Origin: an uncultured Gammaproteobacteria bacterium | GTDB taxonomy: Bacteria > Pseudomonadota > Gammaproteobacteria > JACCXJ01 | Length of the DNA: 64,000 nt | Direction of reading: 5' to 3' | Assembly (NCBI GenBank): GCA_963764725.1 | Contig: CAVXTM010000016.1 | Span: forward strand, 96,001 to 160,000 | Shown: in pieces, positions 42,837-52,877 of the stretch | How positions within the stretch are numbered: the first letter of the stretch is position 1 | Layout: every line of letters begins with the position of its first letter | The notes under the pieces: generated by a model | Told to the model about the DNA's origin: nothing | What the model saw: the letters and a program-made list of their open reading frames with translations, nothing else | Database searches by the model: none | Translations under genes and position numbers: made by a program

Positions 42837-43304
42837 ATGATAACTTCAATTTCCCGCTCGTGCCGGAATCGGGCCATGGGGGCGATCCCGCTGTTGATCT
42901 TCGTGGCCGCTTCGGCCATGCCCAGTCTGGCTGCCGGCAAGGAGCCGGTCGGCACCATCGAGATGAAGGAGTTGAGTATCGCCTGGATCGGTAGCGGAAA
43001 TTTCGGCGACGGCAAGCTCCACTTCAACGGCGAGACCTATCCCTTCAAGATCTCCGGCCTCGGTATCGGGGGCTTCGGCATTTCGACGATCGACGCGCAT
43101 GGCGACGTCTATGATCTCAAGACCCTGGCGGATTTCCCGGGCGCCTATGGCGAGGCCCGCGCCGGTGCTGTCGTCGGCACGGTCAGCGCCGGTCACCTGT
43201 GGTTACAGAATGAAAAGGGTGTCGTACTTCACTTGAAGGCGGAGCGCGAGGGGCTGGCCCTCTCTCTCGGCGCCGATGGCATCGTCATTCAGATGGACGA
43301 ATGA
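42837..43304 (+). CDS. Exported DUF1134/EipA-like protein
   Basis: Signal peptide; GDGKLHFNGETYPFKISGL..DFPGAY..LQNEKGVVLHL. Confidence 0.65.
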   Translation: MITSISRSCRNRAMGAIPLLIFVAASAMPSLAAGKEPVGTIEMKELSIAWIGSGNFGDGKLHFNGETYPFKISGLGIGGFGISTIDAHGDVYDLKTLADFPGAYGEARAGAVVGTVSAGHLWLQNEKGVVLHLKAEREGLALSLGADGIVIQMDE

Positions 43305-45686
43305 TGTCAGCGGCCAGGGAGTCGGCACTTCGATGGCTTGCTATGCGCGTGCGTCTGATATGGGCGCTGATCTTGGTTGCCGGCTGCGCGGTGTATGGTC
43401 GCTATGAGCTCGATGAGCGTTACGGCCCGGCGGATCCGGCGCGCTACGATCGCGTGCCCGCTGGCGACCCGTCCGTAGACTTCTGGCGCGACGTCAAGCC
43501 GGTGCTCGATAGCCGCTGCGTGGTTTGCCACGGCTGCTACGACGCGCCCTGTCAGCTCAAGCTCGGCGCGTGGGAGGGCATCGCGCGCGGCGGCAGCACC
43601 GCGACCGTCTACGACGGCGGCCGTCTGCTCGAGGCCCCGCCGACGCGGCTCTTCATCGACGCGCAGTTGCCGTCCGAGTGGCGGAAGAAGGGCTTCTTCG
43701 CCGTCCTGAACGAGCGCGACGCCGACGCCAGAGACCAACCTCGCGTTGAGCGTGCTCTACCGCAGTCTCGAGCTCAAGCGCGCTCATCCGCTTGCCCAGG
43801 ACGCGGTGCTGCCGAAGCCGTTCGATTTCTCGCTCGACCGGTCGAATTCGTGCCCGCGCATCGAGCAGTTCGAAGCGTACGAGCGCGAGTTCCCGCTGGC
43901 CGGGATGCCCTACGGCCTGCCGGGGCTCGACCAGCGCGAGCTCGACACCGTCACGCGCTGGCTCGCGGCCGGCGCGCCCTACGAGGGGCCCGCAGCACTG
44001 CCCGCGAACGTGACGCGCGACGTGCAGGCGTGGGAAGCGTTCCTCAACGGCGATTCGCTGAAGGAGCGGCTGATGAGCCGCTACCTCTACGAGCACCTGT
44101 TCCTCGGGTTTCTGTACTTCGAAGCGGACAAGGAGCGCCGCTCCTTCCGCATCGTGCGGTCGGCCACCCCGCCGGGCGAACCGGTCGCGCTGATCGCGAC
44201 GCGCCGGCCGTACGACGACCCGGGCGTGCCGCGCGTGTATTACCGGCTCGTGCCCGAGCGCGAGACCATCGTCGCGAAGACGCACATGCCCTACGCGCTC
44301 TCGCCCGGCCGCATGGCGAAGTTCCGGACCTGGTTCCTCGTGGCCCCCTATGAGGTGAGCGCGCTGCCGTCCTACGCGGTCGAGGTCTCGACCAATCCCT
44401 TCGTCGCGTTCAACGCCATCCCGGCCGACTCGCGCTACCGCTTCATGCTCGACGAGGCGCAGTACTTCATCATGAACTTCATCAAGGGCCCGGTCTGCCG
44501 CGGCCAGCTCGCCGTCGACGTGATCGAGGACCGCTTCTGGGTCTTCTTCGTGGACCCGGAGTCGGGCGCAAGCGAAGCGAGCGCCGAGCTGATCGCGCGG
44601 CAGTCGAGCGATCTGCGCCTGCCCGCCGAATGGGGCAGCGACGCGCCGCTGCTCCGGCCGTGGCTCGAGTACGCCGACCTCGAGACGAAATACCTGAAGG
44701 CGAAGACCAGGATCCTCGACCAGACGTTCGCCGGGCCTGCCAAGGTCGACCTCTCGCTCGTGTGGGACGGCGACGGCCGCAACCCGAACGCCGCGCTGAC
44801 CGTGTTCCGCCACTTCGGCAACGCATCGGTGGTGAAAGGCCTGGTGGGCGAGCCGCCGAAAACCGCGTGGGTGATCAGCTACCCGCTTTTCGAGCGCATC
44901 TACTACCTGCTCGCCGCCGGCTACGACGTGTACGGCAACGCCGGGCACCAGCTCAACAGCCGCCTCTACATGGACTTCCTGCGCATGGAAGGCGAGTTCA
45001 ACTTCCTCGTGTTCCTGCCGCAGGCGGCGCGCGAGCCGACGCGCGACTATTGGTACCGCGGCGCGTCGAGCGACGTGAAAGACTACGTGTACGGCCGCAA
45101 GGCGTACTTCGACCGCGAGACCGGCATCGTCTACCGCACCGCCGACCCGCAGCGCGAGCTCTACGGCATGCTGCGCGCGCGCCTCGCGCCGGTGCTCGCG
45201 CCGCGCTTCGACCTCTCGACGGTGGCGGACGAGGCGCTGCGGCGCGATCTGCAGGCGCTTGCCGCGGTGCGCGGCGCGAGCACCGCGTGGCTGCCCGAGG
45301 CGGTGTTCGTGCGCGTGGACGATCCACCGCGTCCGCCGCAGTGGTACACCCTGCTCCGCAACACCGCCCACAGCAACGTCTCGCACATCTTCTTCGAGAA
45401 GTCGGAGCTCCTCCCCGCCGAGAACACGCTCACGGTCGTACCGGGATTCATCGGCGCCTATCCGAACGCGATCTACCGCGTCCGGCGCGCCGATCTGCCC
45501 GCGCTCGCGGCCGCGATCCGCGGGCTCGCCTCGGAGGACGACTACCGCAAGCTCGCCGACCGCTTCGCTATCCGTCGCACCGACACACGTTTTTGGTCTT
45601 ACAGTGACGCCGTGCATGCCGCGTATCGACGTTGGGCGCCCCTCGAAGCGGCGCTATTCGACTATAACCGATTCGAAAATCGTTGA
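43301..45686 (+). CDS. cti: Fatty acid cis/trans isomerase, frameshift near 43740
   Basis: VKPVLDSRCVVCHGCYDAPCQLKL heme motif, RYLYEHLFL, FIKGPVCRGQ, ALFDYNRFENR. Confidence 0.9.
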
Positions 45687-45704
45687 TCATAACGCATCGG
45701 AGAT

Positions 45705-46373
45705 ATGGTAACCCCGCCCGTGGAAACTGTTGCCTGCCCCGATTGCGATTTGCTCCAGCGCATACCGCCGCTCCCGCCGGGCGGGAAGGCGCGCTGCTCG
45801 CGGTGCGGCTACTCTCTCGCCACCCGGCCGTCCGATCCGCTCGAACTGCCCCTCGCTCTCACGGTCACCGCCGCGATCGTGTTCATCGTCGCCAATACGG
45901 CACCGCTGATGGGGCTCTCGGCCGTCGGGCGCAGCGCGAGCACGACGATCATCGGCGGCGCGTACGAGATGTGGGTGCAGGGCCAAGCGCTCACGGGCGT
46001 GGTCGTCGCGTTCTGCGCGGTGATCGCCCCCGCAAGCTACATCCTATTCATGCTGACGGTCCTGCTTGCGGTGAGGCGGCCGCCGGCGCCGCGCTGGGTC
46101 GGCGAGATGCTGCGCTGGGCGCGACACCTGCAGCTCTGGTCGATGCTCGAGGTGATGACGCTCGGCATCCTCGTCGCGCTCTTCAAGATCGCGGAGCTAG
46201 CGACGGTGGACGCCGGCGTCGGCCTGTATGCGGTCGGCGCGCTCCTGGTGCTTTTCCCAGCGATCATGATCCACTTCGATCCGCGCGAGATCTGGCAACG
46301 GGTCGAGTGGGCCGACGGCGAAGTGCCGCCGCCGATGCCTCGCGAGGTCCCCGCCACGGAGCCGGCGCGTTGA
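45705..46373 (+). CDS. pqiA: Paraquat-inducible protein A, first half
   Basis: CPDCDLL..CSRCG zinc ribbon, WSMLEV. Confidence 0.9.
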   Translation: MVTPPVETVACPDCDLLQRIPPLPPGGKARCSRCGYSLATRPSDPLELPLALTVTAAIVFIVANTAPLMGLSAVGRSASTTIIGGAYEMWVQGQALTGVVVAFCAVIAPASYILFMLTVLLAVRRPPAPRWVGEMLRWARHLQLWSMLEVMTLGILVALFKIAELATVDAGVGLYAVGALLVLFPAIMIHFDPREIWQRVEWADGEVPPPMPREVPATEPAR

Positions 46374-47011
46374 CGGCCGCAACTCTTACCGCCGCGCAGG
46401 AAGGACTCGTTTCCTGCGAGACGTGCAGCCTGCTGTCGCGGCCCGCCAGTGCGGCCGAGCCGGGCTTCTGCCGCCGCTGCGGCGCGCGGCTCGAATTCCG
46501 CCGCCACGACTCAATCCAGTACACGTGGGCGCTCGTCATCGCCGCGGCGATCTGCTACATCCCCGCGAACACCCTGCCGGTGCTGACCACCAACACGCTC
46601 GGGTCCTCCGAATCCGACACCATCATGGGCGGGGTGGTGTTCCTCTACACCTCGGGATCGTGGCCGCTTGCGCTCATCGTGCTGATCGCGAGCGTGATGA
46701 TCCCGCTCGGCAAGCTGGTCGCGCTCGCCTATCTCCTGATCACCGTGCAGCGCGGCTCGGCCGAGAGCACCCGCGAGCGGACGCGGCTGTATCGCATGGT
46801 GGAATTCATCGGCCGGTGGTCGATGCTCGACGTGTTCGTCGACACCTTCACCGTTGCCCTCGTGCAGCTGCAGCCACTGATGTCGGTGGAGCCCGGTCCG
46901 GGGGTGCTGTTTTTCGCGGCAGTGGTGGTGCTGACGATGCTCGCGGCCGAGTCCTTCGACCCGCGCCTGATCTGGGATCCCGGTAACCGGAAGCAACCTC
47001 GACATGGCTGA
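46370..47011 (+). CDS. pqiA: Paraquat-inducible protein A, second half
   Basis: TTG overlaps the upstream TGA; CETC..CRRCG, YIPANTLP, GRWSMLDVFV, SFDPRLIWD. Confidence 0.9.
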   Translation: MTAATLTAAQEGLVSCETCSLLSRPASAAEPGFCRRCGARLEFRRHDSIQYTWALVIAAAICYIPANTLPVLTTNTLGSSESDTIMGGVVFLYTSGSWPLALIVLIASVMIPLGKLVALAYLLITVQRGSAESTRERTRLYRMVEFIGRWSMLDVFVDTFTVALVQLQPLMSVEPGPGVLFFAAVVVLTMLAAESFDPRLIWDPGNRKQPRHG

Positions 47012-47022
47012 CAACACCGATC

Positions 47023-48673
47023 ATGGACAACCTGCCGCAGGCCGCGGTCGTACCGCCGAAACGCACGCGGATCTCGATCGTCTGGATCATCCCGATCCTC
47101 GCCGCGGTGGTGGCCATCGGCATCGCGATCCAGCGCGTCATGACCGAAGGCCCGACCATCACCATCGTGTTCGCGGCCGCCGAAGGCATCGAGGCCGGCA
47201 AGACCTTCATCAAGTACAAGGACGTGAACATCGGCCAGGTGACGGCGGTGCAGCTTGCCGAGAACTACTCCAAGGTGGAAGTGACCGCGAAGATCGACAA
47301 GAGCGCGGCGGGTCTGATGGTGGAGGACGCGAAGTTCTGGGTCGTCGAGCCGCGCATCACCCTGGGCGGAGTCTCGGGGCTCGGCACCTTGCTCGCGGGC
47401 AACTACATCGGGTTCGAAGCCGGCAAGTCGGCCGAGGCGCGGCGCAGGTTCACCGGACTCGACGTGCAACCCACCATTACCGACCAACCGGGCCGGAAGT
47501 TCGTACTGAAGGCCCACGACCTCGGGTCGTTGGGGATCGGCTCGCCGATCTACTACCGCCGTCTGCAGGTCGGCCAGGTCGCCGCGCACAGTCTCGCAGC
47601 CGACGGCAAGTCGGTCGAGATCACGGTGTTCGTCAACGCGCCCTACGACAAGTACGTCAATCCGGAGACGCGCTTCTGGAATGCGAGTGGAATCGACGTC
47701 TCGGTCGGCGCCGACGGACTGGACGTTCGCACGGAGTCGTTGCTGGCGCTGCTCGCGGGCGGTCTCGCGTTCGATACGCCCTCCTTCGTGGCACCGCACG
47801 AGCCGGCCGCCGAGAACACCGCGTTCCAGCTCTACCCCGACCGCGCCACGGCGATGAAGCAGCCGGAGGCCATCTCCAGGCGCTTTGTGCTCTATTTCAC
47901 CGAGTCGGTGCGGGGGCTGGCAGGTGGGGGCGCCGGTGACCTTGTTCGGCTTGCCGGTGGGCGAGGTCACCGAAGTCGGTCTGACCTTCGACCCCGCCAC
48001 GCTGGTTTTTGGCCCGCGTGCGAACATCACGTTCTTCTTAGAGCGTGTCATTGAGCAGTTGCCCTCAGAGGAAAAAGCTGCCGCCGAGACCATGGCGCAG
48101 CAGAGTGCAGAGGCCCGCTTGCAGCTCGTGCGTCGCGCCGTGGAGGAGGAGGGCTTGCGCGCGCAATTGCGGAGCGGCAACCTCCTCACCGGGGAGCTCT
48201 ACGTCGCGTTCGAGTATTTCCCGAAGGCGCCCAAGCCGAAGATCGACTGGAGCCGGGATCCGCTGGAGCTACCGGTGGTGCCGGGCGGAGTCGCGGACAT
48301 CGAGTCGAAGCTCGACAGCATCCTCACGAAGATCGATAACATGCCGATCGACGCGATCGGCACCGACCTCAGGAAGGCGTTCGCGACGCTCGAGCAGACG
48401 CTGAAGGACGCGGCCCAGCTCGTGAAGCGGGTCGACGCCGATACCGTCCCCGAGCTGAGGACGACCCTCGTAGAACTGCGCCGCATGATGGCCACCGCCG
48501 ACCGCGTTCTCAAGGACACGGACGCGACCCTCCTCGGCAAGGACGCGCCGGCCCAGCAGGAGCTTCGCGACGCCCTGCAGGAGGTGACCCGCGCCGCGCG
48601 TTCGGTCCGCGTGCTGACCGACGAGCTGGAACGCCACCCCGAAGCACTGATCCGCGGTAAGACCGAGGAGTAG
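47023..48673 (+). CDS. pqiB: PqiB multi-MCE protein, frameshift in G-run near 47925
   Basis: SIVWIIP, AEGIEAGKTFIKYKDVNIG, GSPIYYRRLQVG, LRAQLRSGNLLTG, ERHPEALIRGK. Confidence 0.9.
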
Positions 48674-48675
48674 AA

Positions 48676-49266
48676 ATGATGCATCGCCTTGCTACCATCG
48701 CCACCCTGTGCACCCTCGCCGCCCTCGCGGCCGGGTGCGCGTCCCCGCCCTCGCGCTTCTACACCTTGAGCGGCACCGTGACGCCCGCCGCGACGTCATC
48801 CAACCTGTCCGTCGCCGTCGGACCGGTGTCGATACCCGCCGAGGTCGACCGCCCCGAGATCGTGGTGAGCACGGGCCCGAACCAGGTAGAGTTGGACGAG
48901 TTCAATCGCTGGGCGTCACCGCTGCAGAACAATATGGCGCGCGTGATCGCCGAGAATCTGGTCGCGATGCTCGGCACGCCGCGCGTGACCTTGTTTCCGC
49001 AGACGTCGGGCGCGGACGCCGATTATCGGGTCGCGATCGAGGTGCAAAGCTTCCGATCGGCGCCGGGCGAGGCGGCCGTGCTGGACGCGGTCTGGACCGT
49101 GCGCCGGGCGAAGGACGGCAGAACAGAGACGCGGCGCACCAGCGTGCGCGAGGCGGTCCGGGAGGACAGTTACGATGCGCTCGCCGCCGCTCACAGCCGC
49201 GCGCTCGCACGCCTGAGCCGGGACATCGCCGACGCCGTGCGTGCGCTCGATCGTTCCGGGCAGTAG
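48676..49266 (+). CDS. pqiC: PqiC lipoprotein
   Basis: LAAGC lipobox, RFYTL, VGPVSIPAEVDRPEIV, NRWASPL. Confidence 0.9.
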   Translation: MMHRLATIATLCTLAALAAGCASPPSRFYTLSGTVTPAATSSNLSVAVGPVSIPAEVDRPEIVVSTGPNQVELDEFNRWASPLQNNMARVIAENLVAMLGTPRVTLFPQTSGADADYRVAIEVQSFRSAPGEAAVLDAVWTVRRAKDGRTETRRTSVREAVREDSYDALAAAHSRALARLSRDIADAVRALDRSGQ

Positions 49267-49350
49267 GCGCTCGAGGTGCGATTTGCGGACGTCTCGATCG
49301 GGCCCTCGGACTCCTCAGCGAATGAGGGGCGTGCGGCGTCGGGCACGCGA

Positions 49351-50839
49351 GTGAGCAGCGACGTACGCCGGCGTCGAGGCGGACGGCTCGCCCTCGCGCT
49401 GGGGCTCCTGGCGCTCGCTGCCGCCCTGTGGGTCGCCGTCACGAGCACCCCTCCGCCTGCCAGGCACGTCACCCTCACTTCCGGAGTCGAGGGCACCAGC
49501 CGCGCCGTGGTCGCGCATGCCCTCGCGCGCGAGGTCTCGGCGCTCGGCACCGAGGTCGAGATCGTCGAGCGGTCGGGCGCGCAGGCGGAGATCTCGAGTG
49601 TCAACTCGGGGAGCATCGACTTCGCACTCGTCTCCGGCGCGTACCGGATCGAGCGCTACCCGCACGTCCGCCAGGTGGCACCGCTCTATGTCGAGGCCCT
49701 CCATCTGCTGGTGAAGGAGGAGCACGCCGGATCGGTCGGTGCGAGCCTCGCCGGCCTTCGCGGACGCGTGGTCGACATCGGTCCGCACGATGCGGCAACC
49801 GAGGGCCTAGCCGTCGCCGTCCTTGCCTTCTCGGGGGTGCCCTTCGCAAACGGCACGGCGACCGGAGGCGCCGCCGTCCGCTCGCTCGAGCTCGCCGATC
49901 TCGAGGCGCTCGTCGAGCGCGGCAATCGCAAGGCCCTGCCGGACGCCGTCTTCGACCTCGCCACCGTGCCGTCGAAGGTCGCGCAGAAGCTGGTACGCTC
50001 GGGGAAATATCGCCTCGTGCCGCTCCCCTTCGCCGATGCATTTCGCTTGGCGGCGCTGGTCAGCGAGGATCCGAAGAGGGGTCTGGCGAGGGAGATCGAG
50101 CGTCCCTTCGTGGTGGACACCGTGATTCCCGGGTTCACGTACGGGACCGATCCAGCCTCGCCGCCGGCGCCACTGCACACGTTGGGGACACGGCTGCTCC
50201 TGGTCTGCCACGAGCGCGTATCCCCCGAGACCGTCGCGCGCTTCCTCGACGCCGCCTTCACCTCCCGCTTCGCGCACGTGGTCGATCCCCCCCTGAACCG
50301 CTCCGTGCTCGCACTGCCGCCGCGGCTCGAGCTGCATCCCGGAACGATCGGCTTCGTCAAGCGGGACAAATCCATCATCACGGCGGACAGCGTCAACGAC
50401 CTCGCCAACACGCTGAGCGTTCTCGGTGCGCTCGTCGGCGGCTCGATCTTCCTCTGGAGAGCGTGGCAGCAACGCAGGCAAGCCCGGACGGACGATCTGT
50501 TCGGGGCGTACATGCTGCGCGTGGCCGAGGTCGAGCGGAAGGCCGTGGAGCTCGAGACTCTCCGCGAGCATGGCGCTCGGGCCGGTCATCTCGCTACAGC
50601 GCGATCTGCTCCAGGTCCAGAGCGAAGCCCTCGAGCGCTTCGCGGCCGGCGAGCTGGGCAACCAGGCAACGCTCTCGGACCTCCTGGCGCCGGTGAACGC
50701 GGCGCGCAACCACGTCGGAGATCTCCTACTGCACCTCCGAGAGAACCTCGAGGAGATGGCGCAGGCGGAGGGCCGGAGCGCGGGAGCGGTCTGGGCCGAG
50801 GCCGTCGCGAAGGCCCGGAAGGCTGAGCCGAGCTCGTGA
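49351..50839 (+). CDS. TAXI-family solute-binding protein with C-terminal TM and cytoplasmic tail, frameshift near 50557
   Basis: N-terminal TM, VAPLYVEALHLLV, LAGLRGRVVDIG, LELHPG; second TM LSVLGALVGGSIFLW. Confidence 0.7.
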
Positions 50840-50865
50840 GCCCATCGAGCGAAATGGAGGAGAAT

Positions 50866-51627
50866 GTGGCCCCTATCGCAATCGCTTCGATCGTGTTTGC
50901 GTGTGTCTTCGGCGGTGCGCTGCTCGGCATGTTCCTTCGTACCGCCCTGCCTGAGCATCACCTGAGGGAGGACTCGAAGGATGTCGTGAAGGTGGTAACC
51001 GGCCTGATTGCGACGCTGTCCGCTCTGGTCCTCGGCCTGCTGATCGCCTCGGCGAAGGGCTCGTTCGACACGATTAACGAGGGGTTCAGGCAGAGCGCCG
51101 CCAAGGTGATCCTGCTCGACCGCGTCCTGGCTCAGTACGGACCGGAGACGAAGGACTTCCGCGATCTCATCCGCAGGGGCTTCGCCGCCCGGATCGCGGT
51201 GCTCTTTCCCGAGGACGAGTCTCAACGTGGGACCTTGGACTCCCCTCAGGGAACAGCGACAGTGGAGGGGATCGAAAACAGACTCCGGGCGCTCTCACCA
51301 CAGAACGATGCCCAGCGCTTGCTCCAGTCGCGCGCCCTGCAGATCAGCGGCGAGGTGGCGCAGGCACGCTGGCTGGGGGTCGAGCAGGCGGAGAACACGA
51401 TCCCAAGGGCATTCCTGGTGGTGCTCGTGTTCTGGCTTGCCACCATGTTCGCCAGCTTCGGCCTGTTCGCCCCCCGCAACGCAGTCGCTCTTGCGGTGCT
51501 GTTCGTCGGCGCGCTATCAATCGCGGGCGCGATCTTTCTGATCGAGGAGTTGAATGAACCGCTCGGCGGGATGATCGCAATCTCCAGTGCTCCGATGCAC
51601 AAAGCGCTCACGCTTCTCGGGCAATAG
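50866..51627 (+). CDS. DUF4239 / bestrophin-like membrane protein
   Basis: GGAGG RBS + GTG; LSALVLGLLIASAKGSFD, FLIEELNEPLGGMIAISSAPM. Confidence 0.7.
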   Translation: MAPIAIASIVFACVFGGALLGMFLRTALPEHHLREDSKDVVKVVTGLIATLSALVLGLLIASAKGSFDTINEGFRQSAAKVILLDRVLAQYGPETKDFRDLIRRGFAARIAVLFPEDESQRGTLDSPQGTATVEGIENRLRALSPQNDAQRLLQSRALQISGEVAQARWLGVEQAENTIPRAFLVVLVFWLATMFASFGLFAPRNAVALAVLFVGALSIAGAIFLIEELNEPLGGMIAISSAPMHKALTLLGQ

Positions 51628-51664
51628 AGGGGTGATCCTGAGAGGCGGCTTTATCCGCCGCGTT

Positions 51665-51856
51665 TTGCTCTCGGTCGGTGGCGACGCCGCCTTGCAAGTA
51701 GCTGTAACCTGCAATCAAGAAATTGATGCCTACCGGCGTGTTAGCATAGCTCCTGGGTTCGAGGTCCTGTGCATCTGCGCCGCAGGCCGCCACGGCGAGC
51801 GTCGCGGCGGCGAACCGAACGATCCAGACGCCGTCGAGTCGGGAAATCGTCCACAT
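51665..51856 (-). pseudogene. Truncated outer-membrane channel (Phenol_MetA_deg-like) N-terminus
   Basis: Signal peptide, then AQDLEPRSYANTPVGINFLIAGYSY; similarity ends after about 60 aa. Confidence 0.6.
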
Positions 51857-51872
51857 CCGGCTGGTTACGTTG

Positions 51873-52877
51873 TCAGGGAAGACCGGCCCTGATCCGCCGG
51901 GAGAAGTCCGGCGCCTGGTCCGCGGCCCGGGCCGCTGCATTGATGTGCGCGCGCCGCTTGAGTTCCTCGAAGGGCAGGCTCTGGTCGAGACGTCCCCGCT
52001 CGTAAGCGTACTCCGGGGCATACCCGCTCAAGAGCACCTTCCATGAGTAAGGGATGTGGCCGGGGTTCACGGCCGCATGGGTCAGGATCATGGTGGTGCA
52101 GTTGGTCGTGAGCGTGTTGTAGAAGCGGGGGTGCTCCCGCAGCTCGTTGATGTCGCGCAGGTAGTCGAGGAAGATGCGGCGGCCGTTCTCGATCGGGCCC
52201 ATCACACGGAACAGGTAGACCTCTTCCGGAGGCGAAGTCCGGTAGTTGGTCCGCACCCGGATGACGTCGCGCTCGTCGGCGACGATGTACACCAGCTCGT
52301 ATTGCCGGAAGAAGCCAGGGAGCGTCGCATAGGGCCTCGTTCGGTCCTTGCGCGCCTCGATGGAGATGGCCAGGTGATCATCACCGAATCCGAAGGTGAC
52401 GAACAAATGGGCGATGGCCGGGCCCATCCAGTAGGCGGCGACGAGATCGACCCGGTCCAGGCGCCGGAGGTCGAACGTGCGGTCATAGTAGGCGGGCGTG
52501 AAGTCGGTCTCCGTGCGGTAGTCGAAGTTCCGGATATTGTGGACGGTCACGCGATCGCCGTCGAAGGTGGCATAGGGCAGCACGGCCGCCTCCGGCTGCC
52601 AGTCGCGGTCGTTTGACGGCGTCGCGCTCCCCCAGACGACCAGCACCAGCGCGAAGGCCGCGGCAAAGCCGATGACCGCGGGCCGGCGTGCGCGCCGAAC
52701 GAACCAGGCCCCTAAGGCTAGCAGCCCGATCGCAGCAAAAGTCCAGGCCTCTACCGTGCGAACCTCACCCGATCCCGGCCCCAGGTAAAAAAGGACGAGG
52801 GCGCCCCAGGCGGTGGCACCGGCGATAGCGAGGCCGGCCATAACCAGAGCGATGATGGTGCCGATCCGGCGCCTCAT
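51873..52877 (-). CDS. DUF4105 (Lnb N-terminal-like) membrane protein
   Basis: Three N-terminal TMs, HNIRNFDYR, IAHLFVTFGF, FYNTLTTNCTT; ATGA overlap with upstream gene. Confidence 0.8.
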   Translation of the reverse strand: MRRRIGTIIALVMAGLAIAGATAWGALVLFYLGPGSGEVRTVEAWTFAAIGLLALGAWFVRRARRPAVIGFAAAFALVLVVWGSATPSNDRDWQPEAAVLPYATFDGDRVTVHNIRNFDYRTETDFTPAYYDRTFDLRRLDRVDLVAAYWMGPAIAHLFVTFGFGDDHLAISIEARKDRTRPYATLPGFFRQYELVYIVADERDVIRVRTNYRTSPPEEVYLFRVMGPIENGRRIFLDYLRDINELREHPRFYNTLTTNCTTMILTHAAVNPGHIPYSWKVLLSGYAPEYAYERGRLDQSLPFEELKRRAHINAAARAADQAPDFSRRIRAGLP

